A stretch of DNA of 64,000 nt from Promethearchaeota archaeon (GTDB taxonomy: Archaea; Asgardarchaeota; Lokiarchaeia; Sigyniarchaeales; SOKP01), in NCBI GenBank assembly GCA_008080735.1, contig SHMW01000007.1, positions 21,315 to 85,314 on the forward strand, given 5' to 3'. Positions 49,327 to 59,222 of this stretch are shown in pieces. A program made the position numbers and the translations under genes. Below the pieces are notes generated by a model, which was given only the letters and a program-made list of their open reading frames with translations, was not told the DNA's origin and searched no databases. Position 1 is the stretch's first letter, and each line of letters begins with the position of its first letter.

Positions 49327-50100
49327 TTATTGAAAGGAAAACAAGAGTTTTAAGAATCCTCCTAAGCTTTTAATTGGAAAAAGAAACGCTGTTGATTGTA
49401 TATAGTCCAAATGATCATTCCCCTCCCTTTCTGTTAATTCTGTATCCTCGATGGTTCCCATGACATAACATGGGATTAGTTGCATGAAACCCGCAATCAG
49501 AGCGATAAAATTATTCGCAATAATAGCTAACGCAAAGCATCCGAGTGTAAGGGATAAATATAATGGATGTCGTACATAGCTATAAATCTCTCCTCTCACT
49601 ATTGGAGCCTCTTCAGGAAAGATTGAATACATATCCATCCCATGTGTCATCATTTTAAATCCCGCTCGTTCAATACGTAAAGTGACAAGAATAAAAAAAA
49701 TGAAAAGAATAAGTCCAATTACAATGGAAGTCCAAGAAGGAAATACCCATATTGGGAATATTGGCGAGCCCGAAATAAACAGAGGATGGAAGAAGACAGC
49801 ATACCAAGATACGAGAAGTGGTATTATATATCGATAAAAATATTTTTGGTAAGCTATTTTTCCATATTTCTGCTTATAATGGTCGGCTTTTTGAATATGG
49901 AAATAGCCTATCAGACAGACAAGAAGGATCATGAATCCTTGAGATATGAGTGGCATATACCAAGTAATTCGGTCGACAAAATGAAAATACAAAATCGACA
50001 GGCCAACTAATATGAGAATATAGAAGATGGTTAAGATGGCTTTTCCTTTAGAGCGTAATGCAGGGACTTTGTCCAGAAAAATTTCAATCTCTTCTTTCAT
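49327..50100 (-). CDS. ICMT/PEMT-family membrane methyltransferase-like protein
   Basis: GEIYSYVRHPLY, EDTEL; multiple TM helices. Confidence 0.78.
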   Translation of the reverse strand: MKEEIEIFLDKVPALRSKGKAILTIFYILILVGLSILYFHFVDRITWYMPLISQGFMILLVCLIGYFHIQKADHYKQKYGKIAYQKYFYRYIIPLLVSWYAVFFHPLFISGSPIFPIWVFPSWTSIVIGLILFIFFILVTLRIERAGFKMMTHGMDMYSIFPEEAPIVRGEIYSYVRHPLYLSLTLGCFALAIIANNFIALIAGFMQLIPCYVMGTIEDTELTEREGNDHLDYIQSTAFLFPIKSLGGFLKLLFSFQ

Positions 50101-50315
50101 CGTTGATTCATCTTTTTATTGATAAAATATATGATACAATTCTATACAACTACTAAATAAATAGAGTACTCGATTATAAAGCTCATCAAGAATTTTACCA
50201 TAAACTCTGAATGATTTTGAACTATACGAAAAAGTTCGTATAAATGGGAAGAAGTATATTACACAATAAGGAAATTTTAACCCATTTAAGTATTTACCAT
50301 CTGGTTCAAATCATT

Positions 50316-51173
50316 ATGAATTATTCCAAAAATATTAATAAAGTTCTCGGCTGCCTTAAATCGGAAAAAAGGGTGAGGATATTAAAGTGTTTGCTGGATT
50401 CTAAAACTGGCTTGCATTTTAATGAGATCGCAGAAGCATTATCACTCATCCCATCTACCTTAGAATATCATATAAAAACATTATTAAAATTAAATCTTAT
50501 ATCCCATATTGGTGCTATCTATACTACCAATGCCCTTTCACAGCTCTTCTGGAACTTATATAAATCTCTTTCTACACTTGATCCGATAATTCCTTATCTG
50601 AATGGCCATAAATTACCGATAGATGACCCCAATCTCTTTCTGAATTTCCTCAACTCTAATCCAACCATCCTTCCCGATCTAATTTCAATGCTAAATTTGA
50701 TGAAGGATCTGGTTAAGAGCAAGATTTCTAAATTTCGAATTGCGGGATCTTTTAATTTAACCCTAGAGGAGAGGATCATGCAGTTTAGTGAATATGACAT
50801 ACATTTAGATCAATTAGAAATAATCTCTACCTATGAAGAATACCAGAAATTATTAGATTATGAAAATTACGATTATTTTTTCTCATTTACCGATATCTCC
50901 AACATACGATTATTTTTAGTAAACGAATGTAATTTTTATATGGGAATTGGTGAATCATCTCAGGATGTATTCGGAATGTTGTTTCTCCCAGATATAACTG
51001 ATGAGATTGATTTCCAAAAAGCTCTATTGTTCAGAGGGAAGTATAATGTTTTCTGGTTAGATCAAATATTTGAAAGGCTTAAAAAAGATGCGAAACGAAT
51101 TAATATAACAGAGGATTTATTGAACGATAAAAGTCTATTCGAAAAATATCTAAAAGCACTCAAAAATCATTAA
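50316..51173 (+). CDS. Winged-helix (ArsR-like) transcriptional regulator with C-terminal domain
   Basis: KRVRILKCL..FNEIAEALSLIPSTLEYHIKTLLKLNLI; start could alternatively be 50244. Confidence 0.8.
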   Translation: MNYSKNINKVLGCLKSEKRVRILKCLLDSKTGLHFNEIAEALSLIPSTLEYHIKTLLKLNLISHIGAIYTTNALSQLFWNLYKSLSTLDPIIPYLNGHKLPIDDPNLFLNFLNSNPTILPDLISMLNLMKDLVKSKISKFRIAGSFNLTLEERIMQFSEYDIHLDQLEIISTYEEYQKLLDYENYDYFFSFTDISNIRLFLVNECNFYMGIGESSQDVFGMLFLPDITDEIDFQKALLFRGKYNVFWLDQIFERLKKDAKRINITEDLLNDKSLFEKYLKALKNH

Positions 51174-51249
51174 ATAAATCAGAAAAAGAAAAAAAGAAAG
51201 CTTATTAATATATATGAGATCGTGGGCTTAAAATTCTGAAGATTTAGAT

Positions 51250-51684
51250 CTATAAATCTTCGATAGCATCCTCGAAGGCTTCCATGGCCAATTCGATAAT
51301 TTCTTGGAATGCCATCGCGTCTTGAAGATTTCCCTCGACGGTAATATCGCCAGCCATATACGCGCTCGTAGCATCTACTTCACCATAGAGCATACCCGCA
51401 CCTACATCGCTCGTTGCAGAAAATGTAAAGGAGGGATCATCAATTTCTCCCTCACCGTATTCAAGGGCTCCTTCCTTCGCTTTTACCCAGAACTTCTTAT
51501 CGACATCAGTGAGGACCATTTGGACTAATATATCCATATCTTCCAATTCCTCTTTGAGATCCTCACTTTCCTCTGCTAGTTGCTTATAAAGCTCATATAC
51601 CTTTAAAGCATCATCTGGATCCGCACTTTCTGCACCCGCATCAAATTTTTCTTTCATCTCTTTTAATAAAGCTTCATCTACCAA
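51250..51684 (-). CDS. SCP2 sterol/lipid-binding domain protein (paralogue of 46940-47374)
   Basis: Same length and an identical GEVDATSAYMAGDITVEGNLQDAMAFQEIIELAME block. Confidence 0.9.
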   Translation of the reverse strand: MVDEALLKEMKEKFDAGAESADPDDALKVYELYKQLAEESEDLKEELEDMDILVQMVLTDVDKKFWVKAKEGALEYGEGEIDDPSFTFSATSDVGAGMLYGEVDATSAYMAGDITVEGNLQDAMAFQEIIELAMEAFEDAIEDL

Positions 51685-52049
51685 TGTTTTTACACCTATT
51701 TATAACTTTTTGTGTGTTTTGAGTATTTTCAATACTTTCATTTTCAATTTAATTTGAATAACAATTATATGTTCAACTTTTTTGCTTAAAAAGATTTTGA
51801 GAGTTGGAGTTGATGCATAAGATATGGAACTTAATGGATATATCAGCAATTTTTCAAGAAGACCAACTTAAGGTTAGAATTCTGAAGGTAGAATAATAAT
51901 GAAATAGTCCTTCCCAAGTCATTGATTGGATTATAAAGTAGCTATAACATAGCTCTCCTTGCTATTATTCTGTAAACAAAAACTTTTTGTTCAATAGAGT
52001 ACTTTTTAATTGAAATTAAAGATATAATGGACGGATTTTTGTTTGTGAT

Positions 52050-53273
52050 ATGGAATCTCCTGAAGAGCTGAGCTATTGGCGGTTTTGGCCCGTCTTTATT
52101 TTGGCGTTTTTTTATCCCATGAATAATGGTATGATTAATTTGGCAGTCCCAATTCATTATCTTCAAGAGGGATTGAGCACGGGGATCATCGGGATCCTTT
52201 CCGCAGGTACTACAATCTCGTATACGTTTTCGCCAATCCTTTTGAATAAATTCTCTCAGAGAATTAGACGCAAAACAAGTATTACGATCTCCTTAATTGG
52301 GGTATTTTTCTCGGAGATAATCTTCTATTTTACTCTCAATCCCGCGCTATTCCTTATCTCTAGAAGTGTAGAAGGAATATTCATGGGATTATACTGGCCA
52401 AACCTTCAATCTGCCATCTCGGACAATATCTTTCATAAACATAGCTCCTTAACTGCCAAGTACAATATTTCCTGGAATTCCGGAATGCTCAGTGGTTTTT
52501 TATTCGGTGCTCTTCTCTTATTCTCTTTTGGATTTTTAGAGCTCATATTTTATGCTGCACCCATCCTTATCTTTATCAATTTACTCGTTGCGGTTAGTGC
52601 GTTTCAAGAGCCTAAGAAGTTAAATATACATTCGAAGGAGTTTAAAGAATATATAAAAGAGCAAGATATCAATCTTATAAAAGCTGTTGAGATCAAAAAG
52701 GAAAATGATGATTTTAGGAAGCTCTCTTATCCGAGATTATACCCCGTATTAATTATAGTTGCCTACTGCCTCACGCGTGCGTCAGTCAACTTTCTCTACC
52801 CAATCAAATCAGAACTACTCGGATTTGAAGAATATACGGTCTACATTGCCACATTTTTTTTGGCACTATCCCAAGTAATCTCTATGTTTTTGGCCAGTAT
52901 TATGAAACTGCGATATTTTGGACTCGTGCCACCCGTTATGATTGGCATTTTAGTTTTCGTGATTCCAATATTAGCCCTAAATCAAGAGTTTTTCATATTT
53001 ATTATCATGTTTCTCGTGGTAGGATCATGTACCGGTGTACTTTATGGAGTCACTTTGCGAATGATCCTCATGCTCAATATTAAGAACAATACCTCGAAAT
53101 TTTCGGGTATTTTAGAAAGTCTGATAGGAGCTGGGTTTCTGATTACTCCCATCTTTTCAGGATTTATTGCCGCGATAGACCTTAATATTTCCTTTTATGT
53201 ATTGACTTCAATCATCGGGATTCTTTTTGTATTCTCCTTAATTGTTGCCTTCTATAAATTTGAATATAAATAA
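52050..53273 (+). CDS. MFS transporter
   Basis: About 12 TM segments, SQRIRRK loop, RSVEG. Confidence 0.85.
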   Translation: MESPEELSYWRFWPVFILAFFYPMNNGMINLAVPIHYLQEGLSTGIIGILSAGTTISYTFSPILLNKFSQRIRRKTSITISLIGVFFSEIIFYFTLNPALFLISRSVEGIFMGLYWPNLQSAISDNIFHKHSSLTAKYNISWNSGMLSGFLFGALLLFSFGFLELIFYAAPILIFINLLVAVSAFQEPKKLNIHSKEFKEYIKEQDINLIKAVEIKKENDDFRKLSYPRLYPVLIIVAYCLTRASVNFLYPIKSELLGFEEYTVYIATFFLALSQVISMFLASIMKLRYFGLVPPVMIGILVFVIPILALNQEFFIFIIMFLVVGSCTGVLYGVTLRMILMLNIKNNTSKFSGILESLIGAGFLITPIFSGFIAAIDLNISFYVLTSIIGILFVFSLIVAFYKFEYK

Positions 53274-53304
53274 GGCAAGAAAATTGAATAATCATAGAAA
53301 ATAG

Positions 53305-53439
53305 TGGCGCCCGCAGCGGGAGTTCCAAGCGACTTGAAGTAAGTCACAATTTGAACCCGCGTCGGTCTCCTTAACCAGAGCTTCTGGTTTAAACAGGAGT
53401 GACAGTCCCGAATGCTAGACCGGGCTACACTATGCGGGC
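53305..53439 (-). tRNA. tRNA-Asp(GTC) with two non-canonical introns (43/44: 53365-53393; 59/60: 53322-53349), CCA encoded
   Basis: Acceptor GCCCGCA/TGCGGGC, anticodon arm CGGGA-CTGTCAC-TCCTG, T arm GCGGG-TTCAAAT-CCCGC after removing 29- and 28-nt BHB-type introns; 78-nt mature tRNA. Confidence 0.92.
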
Positions 53440-53702
53440 ATCTACTATAAAGTTTATCTTCACTCTGAGTAGATTTGATTAAATCGATTGTACAAAGTAA
53501 AGAAACTTTATAACATTAAATTTTTTAATAAAGTAAAGATTAAAAATTTTCTTATTTTTCTAAAAACCATTCTAATGTTCTAAAAATTCGAATTAATCTA
53601 ATTTTGTTTGAAATGGAGATAAAAAATGCACATCACGAGAAACCCTTACGTGCTAATAAAAATAAAAATAAAAAAAGAATGAAGCTTAGAGTATAAAAAT
53701 TT

Positions 53703-54398
53703 TCACTCTTGTTTGATTACAACTCGTTTGGTAATCCATGTATTCTCAATTTTTTCCTTAAGTTCTTTATCATAAAAAAGCCACTCATCTAATAATCCGG
53801 ATACACCCAAAAAAACCAAACACATGAATCCCAATCGAGCGACACCATATAAAAATATTTGAAATTCATATACTGTAGGAAGACAGCTTAAAACAAACAA
53901 AACAATAAATCCAATCCCAATTTCCACCCCATTTCGAGTTCTTAGTGCGTCCAATAGTAATAGAAATGCTACAGTAAATCCAAATAGATAGATTATCGTA
54001 TCATTATGATTAAGATACAGACAACCTAAAACAATTAGTCCGCTTATGAGTGGAAGTGTGTACAGTATTCGCAAATTCTTTAAATAAGCAAAAAACTGAA
54101 ACATCGCCACAATAACTAAACTAGATATTATGTATCCTATAGTCAAACCTTCTCCTATTACTAAATTGATATATGGATTGAATGCAGATCCCTCACCTTC
54201 AGCAAAATAATTTAATAGGATTGAAGAAGGCGCATTAAATACATAAGTCACTAAAAGGAGGGAAATAAGCATTAGATACAAATTAATATTTATTCTACTT
54301 TTTTTCCAATTTTTATAGGAATAAAGAACAGTTAGTCCTAAAAATAGAAACCATCCAAAATCGAGAATTGAACCGAAGGTTAACGTGATTATTTCCAT
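53703..54398 (-). CDS. Seven-transmembrane protein of unknown function
   Basis: Seven hydrophobic segments by eye; TAATG overlap with the upstream gene. Confidence 0.75.
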   Translation of the reverse strand: MEIITLTFGSILDFGWFLFLGLTVLYSYKNWKKSRININLYLMLISLLLVTYVFNAPSSILLNYFAEGEGSAFNPYINLVIGEGLTIGYIISSLVIVAMFQFFAYLKNLRILYTLPLISGLIVLGCLYLNHNDTIIYLFGFTVAFLLLLDALRTRNGVEIGIGFIVLFVLSCLPTVYEFQIFLYGVARLGFMCLVFLGVSGLLDEWLFYDKELKEKIENTWITKRVVIKQE

Positions 54399-55066
54399 TA
54401 TTTATTACCCCCCGTAGCTTTAAATGGTGTAAAATGGCCTGTGGCAAAAATAATTCCAAAAGCAGAATAACTTAGTGTGATAAGCGCATCAATTATTCCC
54501 ATTATACCCGTTTCATCAAAGAATAAAGTAAGAAACATTATTAAGAAATAAAGCGCGACTCCAAGAGCACCATTATCTTTTAATTTTATTCCGGTATAAA
54601 ATAGAACGACTAAGCTCGCTATTCCACATAAATAAATGAATGGCATTAAAAATATACTTGTCCCCGTATAGAGAAACATTACAAATAATCCAAAAAATAC
54701 GTATAGCGAAGTAAGATAAAAGCTTTCTATTCGATATAGATAAGCGCCTAATACAAGACCTAATGAAACTGCCAAACCTAATCCAAAGTTGTAAAATGAA
54801 AAGTCTTCTGATTCAAACCCAGATAATTCTAAGGAAACGAAAGGCATCTCGTTACCCAATAATTCCCAAATTTCAACCCAGAACACAGAGAGAAAAATAC
54901 AGAGTATTATTAACCGAATATAATTTATTCCTTTTGATCTTCGCGTCTCTTTAATGAATCGTATACTTAAAATTGAAACGATAAGGGGAAATACGATAAA
55001 TACAGAAATATAACGTCCCAGAGATTGTAAAAGATTACTAAACACTAACAAAAATCCTTGGTGCAT
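54398..55066 (-). CDS. Seven-transmembrane protein of unknown function
   Basis: Seven hydrophobic segments by eye; TAATG overlaps on both sides. Confidence 0.75.
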   Translation of the reverse strand: MHQGFLLVFSNLLQSLGRYISVFIVFPLIVSILSIRFIKETRRSKGINYIRLIILCIFLSVFWVEIWELLGNEMPFVSLELSGFESEDFSFYNFGLGLAVSLGLVLGAYLYRIESFYLTSLYVFFGLFVMFLYTGTSIFLMPFIYLCGIASLVVLFYTGIKLKDNGALGVALYFLIMFLTLFFDETGIMGIIDALITLSYSAFGIIFATGHFTPFKATGGNK

Positions 55067-55572
55067 TAAAAGAAACTCCCCCGTGGTTCAAATTCTGATA
55101 AATTAAGTTCATCCCTTTTATCTCTAAATAACTGAGAAAGTGGGAATGATTTACTTCCAATTGTTAAATCTGTTTCTTGATTAAAACTATTATAAATTGC
55201 TTCTTGAAAGTCGATAAAGGTAGGTTCCTCTAAAAGACCATTTTTTCTAAGAAGTCCTATAAATTCTTGAATAATTGCTTTATAGAGGTCAATTTCATCT
55301 TTTTTATTTAATAGAATTGAGAAGGAAAAAAGATCATCTCTCTCCTTCACATTGTCAATAGTAAAAATATACGAGATCATTGTATTTTTCTTATATTTTC
55401 TTTCTATGATATCTCCAGCTTTACAACCAAAAGGTAAGCATTCATTGATCGTTTCTTTCTGATCCTCCGCGTTGCTTATATTAAGTGGGGGATAAGAAAC
55501 AACTAATTCGGGATTTGAATTCACATGTCCTCCTAATTTACATACCACTGATTGTTTAAATCCCATAACCAT
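55066..55572 (-). CDS. uDENN/longin-like protein
   Basis: PELVVSYPP..TINECLPFG resembles the uDENN P.i...fP..i..fcfP.G pattern, followed by beta strands and a helix. Confidence 0.6.
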   Translation of the reverse strand: MVMGFKQSVVCKLGGHVNSNPELVVSYPPLNISNAEDQKETINECLPFGCKAGDIIERKYKKNTMISYIFTIDNVKERDDLFSFSILLNKKDEIDLYKAIIQEFIGLLRKNGLLEEPTFIDFQEAIYNSFNQETDLTIGSKSFPLSQLFRDKRDELNLSEFEPRGSFF

Positions 55573-55727
55573 AATATAAATTAAAATTGTGATTTTAATA
55601 CTTTAAATATGATGATCCAACTATTTTTGTGTGCTATAGTCACGGAAAAAAGACACTAAAAAAAATATCTTAAGGAGTATTGTTTTTACCAAATATAATA
55701 ATATACGAATCAAATTTTCTGATTAAA

Positions 55728-56624
55728 ATGGGTATTAAGAATATATTAAACAAAATTTTATCAAAGGATAAAAAAGTCGTTATTATGGGGTTGGATAACG
55801 CAGGAAAGACGACGATGGTGTCCTTTTTACAAACTGGGACGTTTATAGAACATTCTCCGACAATGGGAAAGCAAGAAACGGTAATGAAGGTTCAAGGTGT
55901 TAAGATTTCAATCGTGGATATGGGTGGACAAAAAGATTTTAGGAGTTTATGGGCAGGAGAATTGGAAGATGCATCGTTTGTAATCTTTATGGTCGATGCG
56001 GCTGATCCACAAAGGTTTGAGGAAGCCAGGAAAGAATTATGGAAGATCTCCCCCTTACTTGAGAAAAAACCATTATTAGTCTTAGCAAATAAATTTGACC
56101 TCAAGGAAGTTGCCTCCATAAATGATATTATGGAAGCAATGGAATTGGACAAATTATCATCTTTTGAGATTATACCAATTTCATGCAAGACGGGATATGG
56201 TATTGTTAAAGCATTTAAAAAGATTTATTTTAAATTAACGGGAAAGGAACTCACAGAAAGTATAAAACCAAAAGCATTTACTATTTTTGACAAAAGTGGG
56301 GTACCATTATCATCCAAATCCAGTGAAGACGTGCTTAAAGGTGGACTTTTTTCAGCGATTACGAATTTCATAAAGGAATCATTCAATACTGAATTAAACC
56401 AGCTAAAATTAGAGGGCCATACCATCATTTTTAGTCGCTCCGAAAATTTACTAGGATCAATCGTGTTAGATAATGCTCAAAAGATAGATCCAAATGAAGC
56501 TGAAGAAAGTTTAAATGAATTGCTCACACACCTCGAGAATATGTGTCCAGAGTTGAAATCGGGAGACGTAGATGGGGATAAAATTTCCTATTTGATGGAA
56601 CAATACGCGACTAACTTAATGTAA
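55728..56624 (+). CDS. Arf-like small GTPase fused to a C-terminal longin/roadblock-like domain
   Basis: MGIKNILNKIL, GLDNAGKTT, PTMG, DMGGQKDFRSLW, ANKFD, SCKTG; C-term FTIFDKSGVPL..LKGGLFSAITNFIKE. Confidence 0.9.
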   Translation: MGIKNILNKILSKDKKVVIMGLDNAGKTTMVSFLQTGTFIEHSPTMGKQETVMKVQGVKISIVDMGGQKDFRSLWAGELEDASFVIFMVDAADPQRFEEARKELWKISPLLEKKPLLVLANKFDLKEVASINDIMEAMELDKLSSFEIIPISCKTGYGIVKAFKKIYFKLTGKELTESIKPKAFTIFDKSGVPLSSKSSEDVLKGGLFSAITNFIKESFNTELNQLKLEGHTIIFSRSENLLGSIVLDNAQKIDPNEAEESLNELLTHLENMCPELKSGDVDGDKISYLMEQYATNLM

Positions 56625-56781
56625 TTCATCACTTATCTTTCTCTCTCTTGTTTTTTTTCTTTTCACTTCTCACTATTCTAGGAACCAGTTATATCTTTTG
56701 CTAAATGAATATGTTTTTATTAAATTATTTATCTATCTTTTCTAAGAAGCATCTTATATTTTATCTAATGACAGACATGAC

Positions 56782-57222
56782 ATGAGTAATTTAAACAATA
56801 TTTATTTCATCCTTAAGAATCTACTTAGCTCAGAAAGCAATAAGTTTAAGCGATATTTAGATAAGTTTTTTGAAAGTATGGTGGAAAAGATAAGCCAAAT
56901 CGAGGAATTCCAGAAAGATTATTCTGATTATGATGATGTATACCAGATATGTATCACAGATATGGATTTTCAATGTTGGTTTCAGATAAGCAGTGGAAAA
57001 CTTAATTATTCAGAGGGATTACATGATACGTACAACATTAAGTTTATAATGGATAGAGAAACACTAGAGAGGATCCTCTCACTCCAAATTCAGCCGTATG
57101 ATGCTTTTATGAAGGGATTTATCAAAATGGATGGCGAAATAATGTATTCCATACGATTTAGGAATTTTACTACTGAATTTATCCAGTATGTCAGGTATTT
57201 CTTGGAAAATGCCTCCTCTTAG
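56782..57222 (+). CDS. SCP2 domain protein (divergent)
   Basis: WFQISSGKL..PYDAFMKGFIKMDGE. Confidence 0.8.
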   Translation: MSNLNNIYFILKNLLSSESNKFKRYLDKFFESMVEKISQIEEFQKDYSDYDDVYQICITDMDFQCWFQISSGKLNYSEGLHDTYNIKFIMDRETLERILSLQIQPYDAFMKGFIKMDGEIMYSIRFRNFTTEFIQYVRYFLENASS

Positions 57223-57338
57223 CGTAAGTAGAGAAAGAATTCCATTTTTGCGTATATATATAAAACAAGATATAGCATTACAATGTCTGAAATGTCTCAA
57301 ATTTCTCTTCAGAAAGTGTCAGATCGTTAAGGAGAAAG

Positions 57339-57453
57339 CGGACCCGGCAGGATTCGAACCTGCGACAGCCCAGACCGGCTCCTAATGGAGTCTCCGAAGG
57401 CGGGTACCCTTTCTGGAGGAAGTTACTCCCTATCCAGACTAGATTACGGGTCC
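57339..57453 (-). tRNA. tRNA-Arg(TCG) with two non-canonical introns (D-loop: 57411-57431; 39/40: 57373-57391)
   Basis: Acceptor GGACCCG/CGGGTCC, T arm GCAGG-TTCGAAT-CCTGC, anticodon arm CCCGC-CTTCGGA-GTGGG after removing 21- and 19-nt BHB-type introns; 75 nt mature without CCA. Confidence 0.9.
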
Positions 57454-57603
57454 ATAAAAAGATTTGAAAACTATATTTATATCGTGCTCTATAGCTAAAA
57501 AAATTTATTGTATAGAACTTGCACCCCTCCTATTTTTAAAATATTTGTTAAATATACGCTCCGAAAAAGAAAAGGAAAAAAGAGCAGAGTAATTGAGTTA
57601 GAA

Positions 57604-58452
57604 TTATTCAGCTCTATTGTGACCCTTCGGCCAATAATAAACCAGAAGAAGTCCCAAAGTAGTGTAAATCAACACCCTACCAATCGAAAGAATAATTTCT
57701 AACCCATAATCCGGAATCATGGCATTAGAGACAAGAGGTTGGAATACATTGTTTGTATAATGAGCAATCATTGCAGGTATGAGAGTTTTAAACTTTACCG
57801 TCATATAAGCTAATACAATGCCAAGACAGGTTGCGAAAAAGACTTGATAAAGCGTAAATAGTGGGTCAGCGCCTACAAACAGATTAATGAGATGAAATAC
57901 CCCAAAAGCAACGCTGTCAATAATAATAGCGTTTTTATTGGAAAAGGTATTCAGAAGCAAAACTAGAATTACTCCGCGAAACGCAATTTCTTCCCAAATT
58001 GCTGGTTGCAAATTGCTTATGAAGGTAAAGTATCCTAGAGCTCCAGTTTCCTGATCGGGTTGTCCAATAATGGTTGATATTTCAAATTGATATGTCCCCA
58101 TTAAGACGTACGGAATCAATGTTGTAAACAATATGATTACTGCGTAAGTTATCCCTATCGAAATATTTCTTAATTTAGGACTGAATTTATTAAGATTTAT
58201 TGAATTGGAATAATCCAATAAGTTCTCGGTGGTTGAGGGCAATTGCAATCCGAATGGAATCAGCAGAAACCATAGGAGGGTTAGTAGAAGCATCTTAGCT
58301 ATCAAATCAACTAATAATAACCAAGGATACGGTAAGGAATAAAATGGAAGCAAGAATACGCGAGGGAGTAACAGAAATCCCCAATAAATTCCGATTATAA
58401 GTGGGATGGTTATTAAAGGTGTGGTTTGTAATTTTTTAATAATAATATTCAT
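57604..58452 (-). CDS. CPBP (CAAX/Abi) intramembrane metalloprotease
   Basis: WEEIAFRG, FGVFH, AHYTNN. Confidence 0.92.
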   Translation of the reverse strand: MNIIIKKLQTTPLITIPLIIGIYWGFLLLPRVFLLPFYSLPYPWLLLVDLIAKMLLLTLLWFLLIPFGLQLPSTTENLLDYSNSINLNKFSPKLRNISIGITYAVIILFTTLIPYVLMGTYQFEISTIIGQPDQETGALGYFTFISNLQPAIWEEIAFRGVILVLLLNTFSNKNAIIIDSVAFGVFHLINLFVGADPLFTLYQVFFATCLGIVLAYMTVKFKTLIPAMIAHYTNNVFQPLVSNAMIPDYGLEIILSIGRVLIYTTLGLLLVYYWPKGHNRAE

Positions 58453-58618
58453 GAATAAATGATAGAGGAAATAGATTTAAAATTTGGGAATAATAAAAAA
58501 GAAGGTATTAATTCCGTTTTTGTTGGAACTTACGCATTTTTCATCCTACCTAATAAGCTAAAAGCACAAAAGTTTTATTTTTTAGAGAAAATGCTATAAA
58601 TATAAAGGTTGAGCGATT

Positions 58619-59038
58619 ATGATAAAAAGTATATATGTGCTCGATGCGGATAACAAACCAATAATTACCTATAAAAAGAAGGAAAATGAACAAATTGAGG
58701 ATAAGATGCTCCTTAGGTTAACAAAATCTCTAAACCAATTTGCAAATGGAATGGGGGATCATCTTAGCGATTTTGTGATGGGAGAGAATAAATTCTTTTT
58801 TGCGAAAAATAGTATGAGTGATACAAAATACATAATTGAGACGGATACAAGAGTATCGAGAAAGGATGTACGTCCGTTTTTAAAAAAAGTACAGAATTTC
58901 TATTTAAATGAATTTATAGGTACTATGACGATGTCAGAACGGGAAATTAAGCAAGCAAAACAAAATATCCGTTCCCAAATTGAAGAAATGATAGATGAAA
59001 CAGGTTTAAAAATAGAAAACTTCTTAAAAAGTATATAA
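58619..59038 (+). CDS. Longin-like domain protein (tandem paralogue 1)
   Basis: MIKSIYVLDADNKPII start and beta-beta-alpha-beta-beta-beta-alpha-alpha pattern. Confidence 0.7.
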   Translation: MIKSIYVLDADNKPIITYKKKENEQIEDKMLLRLTKSLNQFANGMGDHLSDFVMGENKFFFAKNSMSDTKYIIETDTRVSRKDVRPFLKKVQNFYLNEFIGTMTMSEREIKQAKQNIRSQIEEMIDETGLKIENFLKSI

Positions 59039-59222
59039 GGAGCCCCTCAATCAGTATACCTCTTTTCTCACTATTTTTATTGGGATTTCTAGTTCATAAA
59101 AGTATTATCATTCTCTTAAGTCGAAAATTAAGAGGACTATAAATATTTTTAATAGAATATAAACTGAAGAGATATATACTTTATAATATATTGATGATTA
59201 TTAGTGTTGAGGAACGAAATTT

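Noticed and set aside
53440-57338. Integrated element between the two tRNA genes
   Set aside because: No integrase, no duplicated tRNA 3' end, and the gene content looks native.
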